Below are positions 1 to 13,570 of a stretch of 64,000 nt of DNA, one piece after another. Numbering within the stretch: position 1 is the stretch's first letter; each line of letters starts with the position of its first letter. A program made the position numbers and the translations under genes. The notes beneath the pieces are model-generated. The model worked only from the letters and a program-made list of their open reading frames with translations, did not search any database and had not been told where the DNA came from. This stretch comes from Eledone cirrhosa (lineage: Eukaryota). The stretch lies in contig OZ024743.1 in assembly GCA_964016885.1 (NCBI GenBank), forward strand, positions 94,240,001-94,304,000, in the 5' to 3' direction.

Positions 1-154
1 TTGGGAAGACCAAGGTTAACATATGTTGATGCCCTAAGGACAGACACTGGTCTGTTGGAGATGCAGGATATGGCAGCGATAATGAGGGACAGAGACCGCT
101 GGAGAGAACTCGTTCATGGATCTCGGGAATTTTACCCGCCTTAGATAGATAGAT
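1..154 (+). mobile_element. 3' end of an RTE-clade LINE (ORF C-terminus plus (ATAG)n tail)
   Basis: Frame 1 reads LGRPRLTYVDALRTDTG...MRDRDRWRELV...PP* (TAG 142-144). GRP and DR..W are typical RTE C-terminal motifs. An ATAG repeat follows. Confidence 0.7.
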
Positions 155-491
155 ACTTATATATATATATATATATGTATACTTATATATATATATATAT
201 ATGTATACTTATATATATATATATATATGTATACTTATATATATATATATATGTATACTTATATATATATATGTATACTTATATATATATATATATATGT
301 ATACTTATATATATATATATATGTATACTTGTATATATATATATATGTATACTTATATATATATATATATGTATACTTATATATATATATATATATGTAT
401 ACTTATATATATATATATATATGTATGTATACTTATATATATATATATATATGTATGTATACTTATATATATATATATATGTATGTATACT

Positions 492-524
<33 letters not shown>

Positions 525-661
525 ACTTATATATATTATATATATATATATATATGTGTATACTTATATATATTATATATATATATATATATGTATACTT
601 ATATATATTATATATATATATATATATGTATACTTATATATATTATATATATATATATATA
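155..661. repeat. Compound (TA)n / TGTATACT microsatellite
   Basis: Seen directly. The YI-repeat ORFs here are artefacts. Confidence 0.95.
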
Positions 662-897
662 TTTAATTACATAATAAACAACACAATATAATAATCCCAA
701 AGTATAACACAATATAATTATTCCATTACCAAAGGTTTCAAGAAGCTAGATGATCCTTACAGAAAGGTCCAGCCAACTCATCAGATGAAATAGTTCATCA
801 GATGAATGGGCTGGACGTTTCTGTAAGAATCGTCTAGTTTCCTGAAACTTTTGGTAATGGAATAATTATATTGTGTTGTTTATTATGTACTTAAATA
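661..897. repeat. Imperfect hairpin, probably head-to-head inverted Penelope pLTR segments
   Basis: About 704-789 is the reverse complement of about 795-877 around a short ATAG loop. 661-690 matches 867-897. Confidence 0.85.
721..790 (-). ncRNA. Type I hammerhead ribozyme (intact core)
   Basis: Minus strand reads uuucau-CUGAUGA-(stem II gcugga...ucuagc)-GAAAC-cuuug-GUA-auggaa. The mirror copy on + (795-862) has CAGAUGA. Confidence 0.7.
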
Positions 898-1199
898 CCT
901 CTGTACTATATTTAGAGCACTCTCCTTTCCTTTTCCTTTTCTACGGAAATATTTAACACACATACACATATCTATCTATATATATATATAAGGAATTTGT
1001 AGCTTACTTGAAGCATTGTATATGGTGAAGAATTTGAAGTTGGAAAGCCATCACAATGCAGGTTTGGATGGAGAAAAATTTAAAATGTAAGAAACGGTTT
1101 GTTTTTTTACCTTAATTTATACCTTTATTTACCTGATATTTCGAGATTAATATCTCTTCTTCTGATGAAAATAACATGCTTCAAATCACCAGGCCTTAA

Positions 1200-2850
1200 A
1201 TGGTCACTTAGCTATATACACAAATTCTGCAAAAAAAAACAAAAAAAACTCCTACAACACCTACACTGCAAGCTGCAGCAACACATACAAACAATCTCTA
1301 GCTTATTACTGGAACTTTCAAAAATCCCAGAGCCCCTGCTCGGAGTGACTACCGCTGCAATAGACAGATGCTACCACCACCATCTAGATCACAAGAAAAA
1401 CTGCTTAAAGCGAAAATTCCTCAAACGCAGCATGGCAGATCATCTTGGTAACAGTCCCCCTCAAACCATCAACAGAGGCAGACAGGACAGCACCAAGATC
1501 AAGCCTATCGGTACACCGACCAACAACACTCCACTCGATGCAAGACACCTTGTCACAGACTTGATAGGATCTCTCTCCCAAGACGAACTAGATCTCCTCA
1601 GTCTTAGTGGCTCAACCTACAGACAAACTTTTGCTGGGCTTCCTACCAACTAAAATGGATATTGGCCATCGGCAATGCTACTAAAACAAACACTTCCACC
1701 AGATTCCCGATATACCAACTAGACCACTCACTCTGTCGACCACCTACCAACTGCGAACTTGATGAGAAACCAAATCTCTCCAGGACCCAACAGCTCACCC
1801 TGAAAAACATGCGATAAAGGGAGCTCATCTACCTACCCTCCGACAAAGGGAAGGAATTCTGTATCATCTCCCAGGCCACACCTATGACAACTTGGCCTTT
1901 GAACACCTGAGTGACGACGGAGTGTACACAGAAGTCTGACATAACTGCAGCCCGGATAGAATCAATACCATCTGGTCTGACATCTGCAGAAGAAGACAAC
2001 TCCCAAACAAACGTAGGAATAACTTCATCACCAGAAATAGCAGACTGCCCACTTTCTACCACCACATTAAGACCCACAAAAATAATACAAGACTTCAAAT
2101 TAGACCCATCGTCTCCAGCCTAGAAGGACCCCTATATCAAATTTCCTGGCTCCTCATCCAGATCCTTAAGCCTATAGTCTCCACCTTCTCCAGGCATGTC
2201 AGTAGTTCCGATGAAGTTATACAAAAACTCTACCTACTCCAACCAGACCAACTTAGACTCAATAGGTATGCCTTTAGCCTCAACGTTGTCTCCTCGCTCT
2301 ACACTACAGTCCCCTCTCACCCAGCTGTCCATTAGAAATAGGAAACACCGCATTTGAAGCACGAATTCCACCAACACTTGCTTCCTGAAGCTCCAACATT
2401 TCAGTGATGACACAACAACAACCACCCGAAGTGCCATCCATAGACTAACAACTAGCTCACTCAGTTCTCTGCGTAGTGAGGGCTCTATCTAAAAGATGAC
2501 CTATAGAACACAACAGCTGCTGCACACTGGCTAATTGCCCCATCGATAACACAGACATATGCCATTAAGCATACGTCTTATAGAGTCCAGTGATAAATGC
2601 GACAACCTCTATATAGGTAGCACCACCAGACACATACACACCAGGATTAAGGAACATATTAATACTAATATCTCCTCATTCAAGAAAGACAGAGAAATGC
2701 AAAAACACCACCAAGAAATAACAGTTATGGTTGAAACTAAATAAAGAAACCACGGCAATCTCAGAATTAAGGAAGCATTAATCATAGCCAGAACACACCT
2801 GCAAATCAATAATAGACTAGAACTAAGCATACAATACCTAACATAGAAGC
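1200..2850 (+). mobile_element. Degenerate Penelope-like retroelement (RT remnants plus GIY-YIG endonuclease)
   Basis: CDNLYIGSTTRHIHTRIKEH (about 2598-2657) is a GIY-YIG motif. Upstream are broken RT-like remnants such as IYLPSDKGKEF. Many stops and frameshifts. Confidence 0.7.
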
Positions 2851-2882
2851 AATTATGTAGAGTCCATTAGCCTTCTACTTTT

Positions 2883-2990
2883 TGGCACAAAGCCAGTAAT
2901 TACCCCTGTACGTTACTGGTACTTTATTTTATCGATCCCGTAAGGATGAAAGGCAAAGTTGACCTCGGCAGGATATAGACTCTAGATAAT
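2883..2990 (-). mobile_element. 5'-truncated tRNA-derived SINE (family A)
   Basis: Reverse complement of the GCCTTTCATCCTTACGGGGTCGATAAAATAAAGTACCAG core shared by about 10 copies in the window. Confidence 0.8.
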
Positions 2991-3559
2991 AGGGCACACA
3001 TAGGTCCGCTTACGACCACATTATCCATCTGGGAGAAATCATGTATATGCATTCATGTGTTTACACGATTCCACCCATGCGTGCTTACATATTTACGTGC
3101 GTGCTTACACACGTATGCATACACGTGTCTGTCAGCGCGTATTAATATATATGCGTCTGAGCGGATTTAAAGGGAAACAACTCTGTGCCCCCTTTGACCG
3201 GTCCAGACCTTAATTTTAATACAAAAGAGGTTAAAAAAAAATTAAATAAATAATAAAACCACTTCCAGCCAGCATGGTAGAGCTAGCCACATCGGACACT
3301 GGAATAGGTCCTTTATTTTCCTCGGAAGAAGAAATTTTAATCTCGAAAGACCAGAACATTTGAATAAATTAAGGTAAAAAAAAACAAACTCTGTTTTTTA
3401 CGTTATAAATTTTTCTGCATCCAAATCTGCATTGTCGTGGCTTTCCAACTTTGAATCCTTTATATATATATATATATAAATAAAGGAGAGTATATATATA
3501 CTCATCCTATGGACTGAGTGCTCTACTTATTACGGATATAACCTCCCAGTTTTTTACAG

Positions 3560-3672
3560 TCCTATACGAGCGAGACACTGTCGCCCGATCAATCTTGCCT
3601 CAAGTGGGACAATACCCGTCTAATCCATGCTAGCATGGAAGATAGACATTAAACAATAATGATGATGATGAT
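3560..3672 (+). mobile_element. SINE/LINE 3' tail ending in (GAT)n
   Basis: CCCGTCTAATCCATGCTAGCATGGAA...TAAAC followed by GATGATGATG. A related tail lies in reverse at about 50240-50305. Confidence 0.5.
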
Positions 3673-4509
3673 GGCACACACACACGCCTAGCGCACGCGC
3701 GCGCGCGCGCGGTGGCTGCCAACTCGTTTTCGAGTACGGCCACTACCTTATATCCATGTAGGAGAACCCCTGCTGATGGGCTGAACGAGTGTGACTTTTT
3801 AGTCCAGCCAGCGACTTGAAAACTCTGGTACAAACACTACACTTGTGACAATTATTGACACATAATGCTGGGCCCATGGTAATATGTGACAAGTGCAGAG
3901 AGATCTCCAAATATAAAGCAATGCCTGTGCCGTGAAGCTTTTATAGTGAGCAAAGGCACTGCACAAAGCCAGTCCCACTCTCTTAACCAAGATGATATTT
4001 ACCAAAAAGAAGAACAAGTCAACATCATTGGATACCATCAGGGTTGCAGGTGTTATATCAGAGTTTTCCTTCTCCTAGAATTCTGCCTTGACAAAGGCTA
4101 AGGGGTCATCTCTCATACATACATTATATATATATATAACATAATACATATATATTGCATCAGTTTCCAAATAATTTTTACATTTTTTAATCAATTTCTG
4201 AGTCTTTTACTCCAAAAGTTTAAGAATATTTTTCTTTTCTTTTCTTTCAATTAGAAATATTTTTATAAAAAATTTGATATAATACACAAAATGTTCACCC
4301 AGATGATAAAAAGGTTTTTCAATTGATTAAATCTGAAATTGAATATTGATGCCTATAAAAATAATTTTGTTGGTAATATTATTATATTTAATCAATAAAT
4401 CATGTTCAAAATATTGTATAGTTTTTGTTGTAATTTAAACAGTGACTTCAGTTGTAATGATTTAAAAAATATGTAACACATTGAATTAAGAGGAAGACAA
4501 ACAATAAAT

Positions 4510-4972
4510 TGCAGACGATGGTGGGAATAGGGTCAGTGATGAATGTTGTGAAGAGAAATTGAATGAAATGGCTGGGGCATGTGTTGAGGAAGGTTGAAAA
4601 TGATTGGGGGAGAGGAATAGTCAGTAATGAATGTTGTGAAGAGAAATGAAATGAGATGGTTGGAACATGTGTTGAGGAGGAAGGTTGAAAGTGACTGGGG
4701 GGAGAGCAATAGAGCCAGTGATGAATTTTGTGACGAGAAATGGAGTGAGATGTTTGGCTTAAGTGTTGAGGAAGGATGAAGGTGACTGGGTGAGAGATGT
4801 GATGGAAGGAAAGACAAGAAGGGGGAGATCAAGAAAGACACCATTAAAGACGATGAAGGTGGAAATGAAATGAAGGGGTTGGTGAGAGAATGCAGATGAC
4901 AGGAATGGGGAAAAATGACAGTAACCCTGCAAGGCCAACCTCTGTTTTAGTAAGGAGGATGGCCTTAAAACA
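4510..4972 (+). mobile_element. Degenerate RTE-like LINE 3' fragment
   Basis: MNVVKRNEMRWLEHVLRR motif (like RTE LRW.GHV.R), locally duplicated, followed by a GR.KKT-like segment. Confidence 0.5.
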
Positions 4973-5804
4973 TTTGTGTCTTGAATAGAGAAACAGTTCT
5001 CTATTTTGTATTAAAACTTAATAAATTTGGTTAAATCAAATAAGTTTGTGTGTCATGAGCAACAAAGGGACTTTCCAGAAATATTAAAATTGCCTTTTCA
5101 CCACTCCTACACACAAATTAAATTGAATTTAATCATTTTGTTTTAGATACTTAGACTAAGTAAGAGAAAATGTTTGTTTTGATTTTATTATTTTCCTGAC
5201 AGATCACAACATTGTTGCAATTCCGTCTGCTGGCATCATAGGTAACATCCAACTGAGGTTTTGTACTCCAGAGAGACAGAACAAGTTAATATTAGGCTAA
5301 ATAAGAAAATATAGTTAGCATCTGTGATTGTAAACGTAGTTTATATTATCAACTTTATCAAGTCAAAATTTCCTATTCACTTGTTATATACTTACAATCG
5401 AGGGGAGAGAGAAGTAGGGGAGGGATAAAGGAAATACATAAACAAAAAGGTGGTGGGGGAGAGAAAAAAGCTCTACTCTCTTAGCTGGGCAGTACATCTT
5501 AGCTGTACTCAACAGACAAGAATGCAAAAGAATTGTCATGAAAAACATGCTCTGAATATGATTTATAAAAGAGATAAATCAATAGAAATTAATAAAAGCC
5601 CCCCTCCCCCGAGAGAGAATAAAAGACCCAGAAGACATGTACACCCATTTACACAGTACTACAAAGAATGTTGGTATTTGCATTACATTTCTATTGTCGC
5701 TAGAAAGCCAACGGATTTCAACAATGGCCGAAACATTTGTTTGAGTGGGGTTTCTTCTCTGAAGATCTTCTGCTGCTCTCCTGAGAGTTTCTTACCACCA
5801 TGAG

Positions 5805-6123
5805 GATTCCACCATCTTCACAGACGATTGCCGTCTCTCATTGATTCTTCATTCTCATCCTATCCGCGTATATGACTTGGTAGATGACTTTGTAGACCAG
5901 CAGTAGATCTGCATGGTTTACCACACAAGTGACAGAAGAGAGTTATGCTTTCCACAGGACCGGTAGGGTCACCCTGTGGAACACAATCTTTATGCACCAG
6001 CATGTGTTTTTAGTCCGGAACTAGTTCTACACACTTTGATGTATACCACGCACGTTGTGTCGCCAGGTCTTTATTGAGTGGTGTTGCAGGTAGTTATCCT
6101 TTCATGTGACTTCAGGTGATTAA
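5805..6123 (-). mobile_element. RTE-like LINE 3' end with C-terminal C2H2-like zinc finger
   Basis: Minus strand encodes CHLCGKPCRSTAGLQSHLPSH (about 5875-5935). The sequence runs directly into the 28-bp array. Confidence 0.6.
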
Positions 6124-9100
6124 CATAGCAGCCTTTGAGAGGAGTACACGCTACAGCAGCCATTGAGAGGAGTACATGCAATAGCAGCCATTGAGAGGAG
6201 TACATGCTATAGCAGCCTTTAAGAGGAGTACACACTACAGCAGCCATTGAGAGGAGTACACACTACAGCAGCCATTGAGAGGAGTAGACGCTATAGCAGC
6301 CTTTGAGAGGAGTACACGCTATAGTAGCCTTTGAGAGGGGTACACACTATAGCAGTCATTGAGAGGAGTACACGCTATAGCAGTCTTTGAGAGGAGTACA
6401 CGCTATAGAAGCCTTTGAGAGGAGTACATGCTATAGTAGCCTTTGAGAGGGGTACACACTATAGCAGTCATTGAGAGGAGTACACGCTATAGCAGCCTTT
6501 GAGAGGAGTACACGCTATAGCAGCCTTTGAGAGGAGTACACGCTATAGTAGCCTTTGAGAGGGGTACACACTATAGCAGTCATTGAGAGGAGTACACGCT
6601 ATAGCAGCCTTTGAGAGGAGTACACGCTATAGCAGCCTTTGAGAGGAGTACACGCTGTAGCAGCCATTGAGAGGAGTACACGCTATAGCAGCCATTGAGA
6701 GGAGTACACGCTATAGCAGCCTTTGGGAGGAGTACATGCTATAGCAGCCATTGAGAGGAGTACACGCTATAGCAGCCTTTGAGAGGAGTACACGCTGTAG
6801 CAGCCATTGAGAGGAGTACACGCTATAGCAGCCATTGAGAGGAGTACACACTATAGCAGCCTTTGGGAGGAGTACACGCTATAGCAGCCATTGAGAGGAG
6901 TACACACTATAGCAGCCTTTGAGAGGGGTACACGCTATAGCAGCCTTTAAGAGGAGTACACACTATAGCAGCCTTTGAGAGGGGTACACGCTATAGCAGC
7001 CTTTGGGAGGAGTACACACTATAGCAGTCATTGAGAGGAGTACACACTATAGCAGCCATTGAGAGGAGTACACGCTATAGCAGCCTTTGAGAGGAGTACA
7101 CGCTATAGTAGCCTTTGAGAGGGGTACACACTATAGCAGTCATTGAGAGGAGTACACGCTATAGCAGCCTTTGAGAGGAGTACACGCTATAGCAGCCTTT
7201 GAGAGGAGTACACGCTGTAGCAGCCATTGAGAGGAGTACACGCTATAGCAGCCATTGAGAGGAGTACACGCTATAGCAGCCTTTGGGAGGAGTACATGCT
7301 ATAGCAGCCATTGAGAGGAGTACACGCTATAGCAGCCTTTGAGAGGAGTACACGCTGTAGCAGCCATTGAGAGGAGTACACGCTATAGCAGCCATTGAGA
7401 GGAGTACACGTTATAGCAGCCTTTGGGAGGAGTACACGCTATAGCAGCCATTGAGAGGAGTACACACTATAGCAGCCTTTGAGAGGGGTACACGCTATAG
7501 CAGCCTTTAAGAGGAGTACACACTATAGCAGCCTTTGAGAGGGGTACACGCTATAGCAGCCTTTGGGAGGAGTACACACTATAGCAGTCATTGAGAGGAG
7601 TACACACTATAGCAGCCATTGAGAGGAGTACACGCTATAGCAGCCTTTGAGAGGAGTACACGCTGTAGCAGCCATTGAGAGGAGTACACGCTATAGCAGC
7701 CTTTGAGAGGAGTACACGCTATAGCAGCCTTTGAGAGGGGTACACACTATAGCAGTCATTGAGAGGAGTACACACTATAGCAGTCTTTGAGAGGAGTACA
7801 CACTATAGCAGCCTTTGAGAGGAGTACACGCTATAGCAGCCTTTGAGAGGAGTACACGCTATAGCAGCCTTTGAGAGGAGTACACACTATAGCAGTCATT
7901 GAGAGGAGTACACACTATAGCAGTCTTTGAGAGGAGTACACGCTATAGCAGCCTTTGAGAGGAGTACACACTATAGCAGTCATTGAGAGGAGTACACACT
8001 ATAGCAGTCTTTGAGAGGAGTACACGCTATAGCAGCCTTTGAGAGGAGTACACGCTATAGCAGCCTTTGAGAGGGGTACACACTATAGCAGCCTTTGAGA
8101 GGAGTACACGCTGTAGCAGTCATTGAGAGGGGTACACACTATAGCAGCCTTTGAGAGGAGTACACTCTGTAGCAGCCATTGAGAGGAGTACACGCTATAG
8201 CAGCCTTTAAGAGGAGTACACGCTATAGCAGCCTTTGAGAGGAGTACACGCTATAGCAGCCATTGAGAGGAGTACACGCTATAGCAGCCATTGAGAGGAG
8301 TACACACTATAGCAGTCTTTAAGAGGAGTACAAGCTATAGCAGCCTTTAAGAGGAGTACACGCTACAGCAGCCATTGAGAGGAGTACACGCTATAGCAGC
8401 CATTGAGAGGAGTACACGCTATAGTAACCTTTGAGAGGAGTACACGCTATAGCAGCCTTTGAGAGGAGTACACGCTATAGCAGCCATTGAGAGGAGTACA
8501 CACTATAGCAGTCTTTAAGAGGAGTACACGCTATAGCAGCCATTGAGAGGAGTACACGCTACAGCAGCCATTGAGAGGAGTACACGCTATAGCAGCCATT
8601 GAGAGGAGTACACGCTATAGTAACCTTTGAGAGGAGTACACGCTATAGCAGCCTTTGAGAGGAGTACACGCTATAGCAGCCTTTGAGAGGAGTACACGCT
8701 ATAGCAGCCTTTGAGAGGAGTACACGCTATAGCAGCCTTTGAGAGGAGTACACGCTATAGGAGCCATTGAGAGGAGTACACACTACAGCAGCCTTTGAGA
8801 GGAGTACACGCTACAGCAGCCATTGAGTGGAGTACACGCTATAGCAGCCTTTGAGAGGAATACACGCTATAGCAGCCATTGAGAGGAGTACATGCTATAG
8901 CAGCCATTGAGAGGAGTACACACTATAGCAGCCTTTGAGAGGGGTACACGCTATAGCAGCCTTTAAGAGGAGTACACACTATAGCAGCCTTTGAGAGGGG
9001 TACACGCTATAGCAGCCTTTGGGAGGAGTACACACTATAGCAGTCATTGAGAGGAGTACACACTATAGCAGCCATTGAGAGGAGTACACGCTATAGCAGC

Positions 9101-11555
9101 CTTTGAGAGGAGTACACGCTATAGTAGCCTTTGAGAGGGGTACACACTATAGCAGTCATTGAGAGGAGTACACGCTATAGCAGCCTTTGAGAGGAGTACA
9201 CGCTATAGCAGCCTTTGAGAGGAGTACACGCTGTAGCAGCCATTGAGAGGAGTACACGCTATAGCAGCCATTGAGAGGAGTACACGCTATAGCAGCCTTT
9301 GGGAGGAGTACATGCTATAGCAGCCATTGAGAGGAGTACACGCTATAGCAGCCTTTGAGAGGAGTACACGCTGTAGCAGCCATTGAGAGGAGTACACGCT
9401 ATAGCAGCCATTGAGAGGAGTACACGTTATAGCAGCCTTTGGGAGGAGTACACGCTATAGCAGCCATTGAGAGGAGTACACACTATAGCAGCCTTTGAGA
9501 GGGGTACACGCTATAGCAGCCTTTAAGAGGAGTACACACTATAGCAGCCTTTGAGAGGGGTACACGCTATAGCAGCCTTTGGGAGGAGTACACACTATAG
9601 CAGTCATTGAGAGGAGTACACACTATAGCAGCCATTGAGAGGAGTACACGCTATAGCAGCCTTTGAGAGGAGTACACGCTGTAGCAGCCATTGAGAGGAG
9701 TACACGCTATAGCAGCCTTTGAGAGGAGTACACGCTATAGCAGCCTTTGAGAGGGGTACACACTATAGCAGTCATTGAGAGGAGTACACACTATAGCAGT
9801 CTTTGAGAGGAGTACACACTATAGCAGCCTTTGAGAGGAGTACACGCTATAGCAGCCTTTGAGAGGAGTACACGCTATAGCAGCCTTTGAGAGGAGTACA
9901 CACTATAGCAGTCATTGAGAGGAGTACACACTATAGCAGTCTTTGAGAGGAGTACACGCTATAGCAGCCTTTGAGAGGAGTACACACTATAGCAGTCATT
10001 GAGAGGAGTACACACTATAGCAGTCTTTGAGAGGAGTACACGCTATAGCAGCCTTTGAGAGGAGTACACGCTATAGCAGCCTTTGAGAGGGGTACACACT
10101 ATAGCAGCCTTTGAGAGGAGTACACGCTGTAGCAGTCATTGAGAGGGGTACACACTATAGCAGCCTTTGAGAGGAGTACACTCTGTAGCAGCCATTGAGA
10201 GGAGTACACGCTATAGCAGCCTTTAAGAGGAGTACACGCTATAGCAGCCTTTGAGAGGAGTACACGCTATAGCAGCCATTGAGAGGAGTACACGCTATAG
10301 CAGCCATTGAGAGGAGTACACACTATAGCAGTCTTTAAGAGGAGTACAAGCTATAGCAGCCTTTAAGAGGAGTACACGCTACAGCAGCCATTGAGAGGAG
10401 TACACGCTATAGCAGCCATTGAGAGGAGTACACGCTATAGTAACCTTTGAGAGGAGTACACGCTATAGCAGCCTTTGAGAGGAGTACACGCTATAGCAGC
10501 CATTGAGAGGAGTACACACTATAGCAGTCTTTAAGAGGAGTACACGCTATAGCAGCCATTGAGAGGAGTACACGCTACAGCAGCCATTGAGAGGAGTACA
10601 CGCTATAGCAGCCATTGAGAGGAGTACACGCTATAGTAACCTTTGAGAGGAGTACACGCTATAGCAGCCTTTGAGAGGAGTACACGCTATAGCAGCCTTT
10701 GAGAGGAGTACACGCTATAGCAGCCTTTGAGAGGAGTACACGCTATAGCAGCCTTTGAGAGGAGTACACGCTATAGGAGCCATTGAGAGGAGTACACACT
10801 ACAGCAGCCTTTGAGAGGAGTACACGCTACAGCAGCCATTGAGTGGAGTACACGCTATAGCAGCCTTTGAGAGGAATACACGCTATAGCAGCCATTGAGA
10901 GGAGTACATGCTATAGCAGCCATTGAGAGGAGTACACGCTATAGCAGCCTCTAAGATGAGTACACGCTACAGCAGCCATTGAGAGGAGTACACGCTATAG
11001 CAGCCTTTGAGAAGAGTACACGCTATAGTAGCCTTTGAGAGGAGTACACGCTATAGCAGCCATTGAGAGGAGTACACGCTATAGCAGCCATTGAGAGGAG
11101 TACACGCTATAGCAGCCATTGAGAGGAGTACACATTATTGCAGCCTTTGAGAGGGGTACACGCTATAGCAGCCTTTGAGAGGAATACACGTTATAGCATC
11201 CATTGAGAGGAGTACACGCTATAGCAGCCTTTGAGAGGAGTACACGCAAGAGCAGCCTTTGAAAGGAGTACACGCTATAGCAGCCATTGAGAGGAGTACA
11301 CGCTATAGCAGCCATTGAGAGGAGTACACGCTATAGCAGCCTTTGAGAGGAGTACACGCAAGAGCAGCCTTTGAAAGGAGTACACGCTATAGCAGCCATT
11401 GAGAGGAGTACACGCTATAGCAGCCATTGAGAGGAGTACACGTTATAGCAGCCATTGAGAGGAGTACACGCTATAGCAGCCATTGAGAGAAGTACACGCT
11501 ATAGCAGCCTTTGAGAGGAGTACACGCTATAGCAGCCTTTGAGAGGAGTACACAC
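6124..11555. repeat. 28-bp minisatellite (GAGAGGAGTACACGCTATAGCAGCCWTT)n, about 190 units, with higher-order duplications
   Basis: Period 28 (TACACG at 6481 and 6509). Rare variants recur at +2016 bp (GAGTGGAG at 8825 and 10841) and at +560 bp. Confidence 0.97.
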
Positions 11556-11958
11556 TGACAGGACTTGTATGTCCAACTACTGATGACTTCATCAAGACTG
11601 TGAGCACAGCCCTTCCGGAGCTGACGCTTCAGTTGTTTATGTTCTAGACGATATTCCCCAAAGAGTGAGCGTTTGAGCTGCTGTTATATCGTTCTTACCA
11701 CCAGGGGAGATAATTACGTGTGACTTAGTGTTAAATATCAAGGGAGAATACTCCTTATTTCTCCAGTTTAAAAAAAAATATTTTGTGTTGCAAGATTCTT
11801 GAAGTGAAATAGTGTTGAAATATAATAGATATTGTATTTTGGTACGGTCATACTGTTTTATCGCCCCACCCCCACAATAAAACCGCTTCCGTTTCATTTC
11901 AGCTTTTAACATAAATGAGGTAATTAATTTTTTCATCAGTTGGTTAATCTACCGTTCT

Positions 11959-11994
<36 letters not shown>

Positions 11995-12054
11995 TTGGGA
12001 GGATAGTGGAGGCAGGGTCATTCCAGAGGGTCCTATAAGAAGCAAACATGTAAT

Positions 12055-12440
12055 TTGCAGAGTGCACTGCGCGTGCTTTCTTGAGAGCATGAGTCCCTCT
12101 GTTGTGCAGCACTCGGCAGCAAGCCTATTAAGTGCATGTCGGAGACCGCCTTCCGACGAATTAAGTAATACCATGTCGTTTGTAAATTCCAGTCGACTGA
12201 TTAAACACTCGCCAGTCATGACACCATTTCCAACCCGGTTGTGTCAATCCTGTTCATGAAACTTTTGAACAGGAGAGGTGAGAGTACGCACCCTTTACGA
12301 AGTCCGACACCCACACTGAATGGTTTTGACTTATTACCATTTATCAGAACACAAATCCTAGGTTATTTGTATAGAGACATCAGGACAACAAGAAGTTGTC
12401 CTTTTATCCCATACCTCTCTAGAACTTAGACGAATTCCTG
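12055..12440 (-). mobile_element. RTE-like reverse transcriptase fragment (pseudogenic)
   Basis: Minus strand reads SKPFSVGVGLRKGCVLSPLLF ... ISRLEFTNDMVLL (decayed QG..LSP and FADD motifs). Confidence 0.7.
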
Positions 12441-12799
12441 ATAGCAGGCATGGAGGGGATTTCTTACTACGAAGTCAGTGGATGGTATCCCAGAATAGTT
12501 TATTTGCTGATTCCAGCTTAACCCTAAAGTCCTCTCATGTGTTAACTTGTACCACGAGTTCAAGAAGTAAGACTTATTTCCAAGCCAAGCTTTGTAAACC
12601 TCCTTCTTTGTTCAGCTGGCGTCTTTAATCTCCTAACTGAACCATGGGGTCCCTCCTGTTGCCCGGCACCACACTAAGTCACTTTTATGGGGGGCTTTTA
12701 TTAATTTCTATTGATTTATCTCTTTTATAAATCATATTCAGAATATTTTTTTATTCTTTTATTTGTGTTCAGTATTGAACTGTGACTATGCTTGTTCAC

Positions 12800-13370
12800 A
12801 AATCAAACTTTCTTTTCAGCCCTAAGATTGAAATAGACAGAATTAGTAAGCATACCCTCTACTGCATTAACTCCGAAACCAGATGGACGACCTTTCTAGT
12901 CAAACAGGAATCAAGCGACGCCGTCATTAGCTAGTATCGTAATATTGAGAATAATGCAGACTAGAGATTTACCCAGTTCGACATAGTGGACTATTATCCT
13001 TTCCACATCGAAACCTCTCCTACTGAAAGTTCTAAATTTTGGGAAACAATCAAATAGGATCAGCAACCATGATATCAAAATAATTCTGTACGCCACGAAG
13101 TCACTAATATTCTACAATTCATGCTAGGTAAAAATGAAGGGGACTCGCTGGTCGATGTATCCGTACGACCCCATGGGGTCATACGGTGAGTCTGGGGTCG
13201 CTGACCTTGTCGATTTATTCTTCCTTGATATTCTCAAAAAACGAACGTACTCCTATAGTTCAGTCCTGTAGAGAGAGGATGACATAACAATCTACAAGCC
13301 ATATGAACGGCCACGTCATGGGTAAGTTCAGAAAAGCTCTTCAAAGAGTTCAGCCTAAAAATCAGAGTCA
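12800..13370 (+). mobile_element. Degenerate Penelope-like RT fragment
   Basis: RFTQFDIVDYYP and MGSYGESGVADLVDLFFL. These match the FIQFDIESYY and MGATDSAEVTDLIGLFLL motifs of the other PLEs in this window. Confidence 0.65.
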
Positions 13371-13570
13371 CCACCAACTAAAGTTGACTGAAGTGACTTT
13401 CTGGATAGTATTTAAGAAGTTCATTACATTTTTTCTCATTTGGGGAATTATCTCTCTATCTTTAAATTCTCTATAATTAATTCCACATGTTTTTAATGAG
13501 TTTTTTTGAGAATTTTCTTTTTCTTTTTGAATTTTGGAAATTTTGGCCGTTGTAAACATTAAAAAATATA

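Noticed and set aside
175-691. YI-rich ORFs (also the HT, CV and SL ORFs at 36-55 kb)
   Set aside because: Microsatellite translations.
6124-11555. 28-bp repeats as a CRISPR array
   Set aside because: The units are contiguous with no unique spacers, there are no cas genes and the context is eukaryotic.
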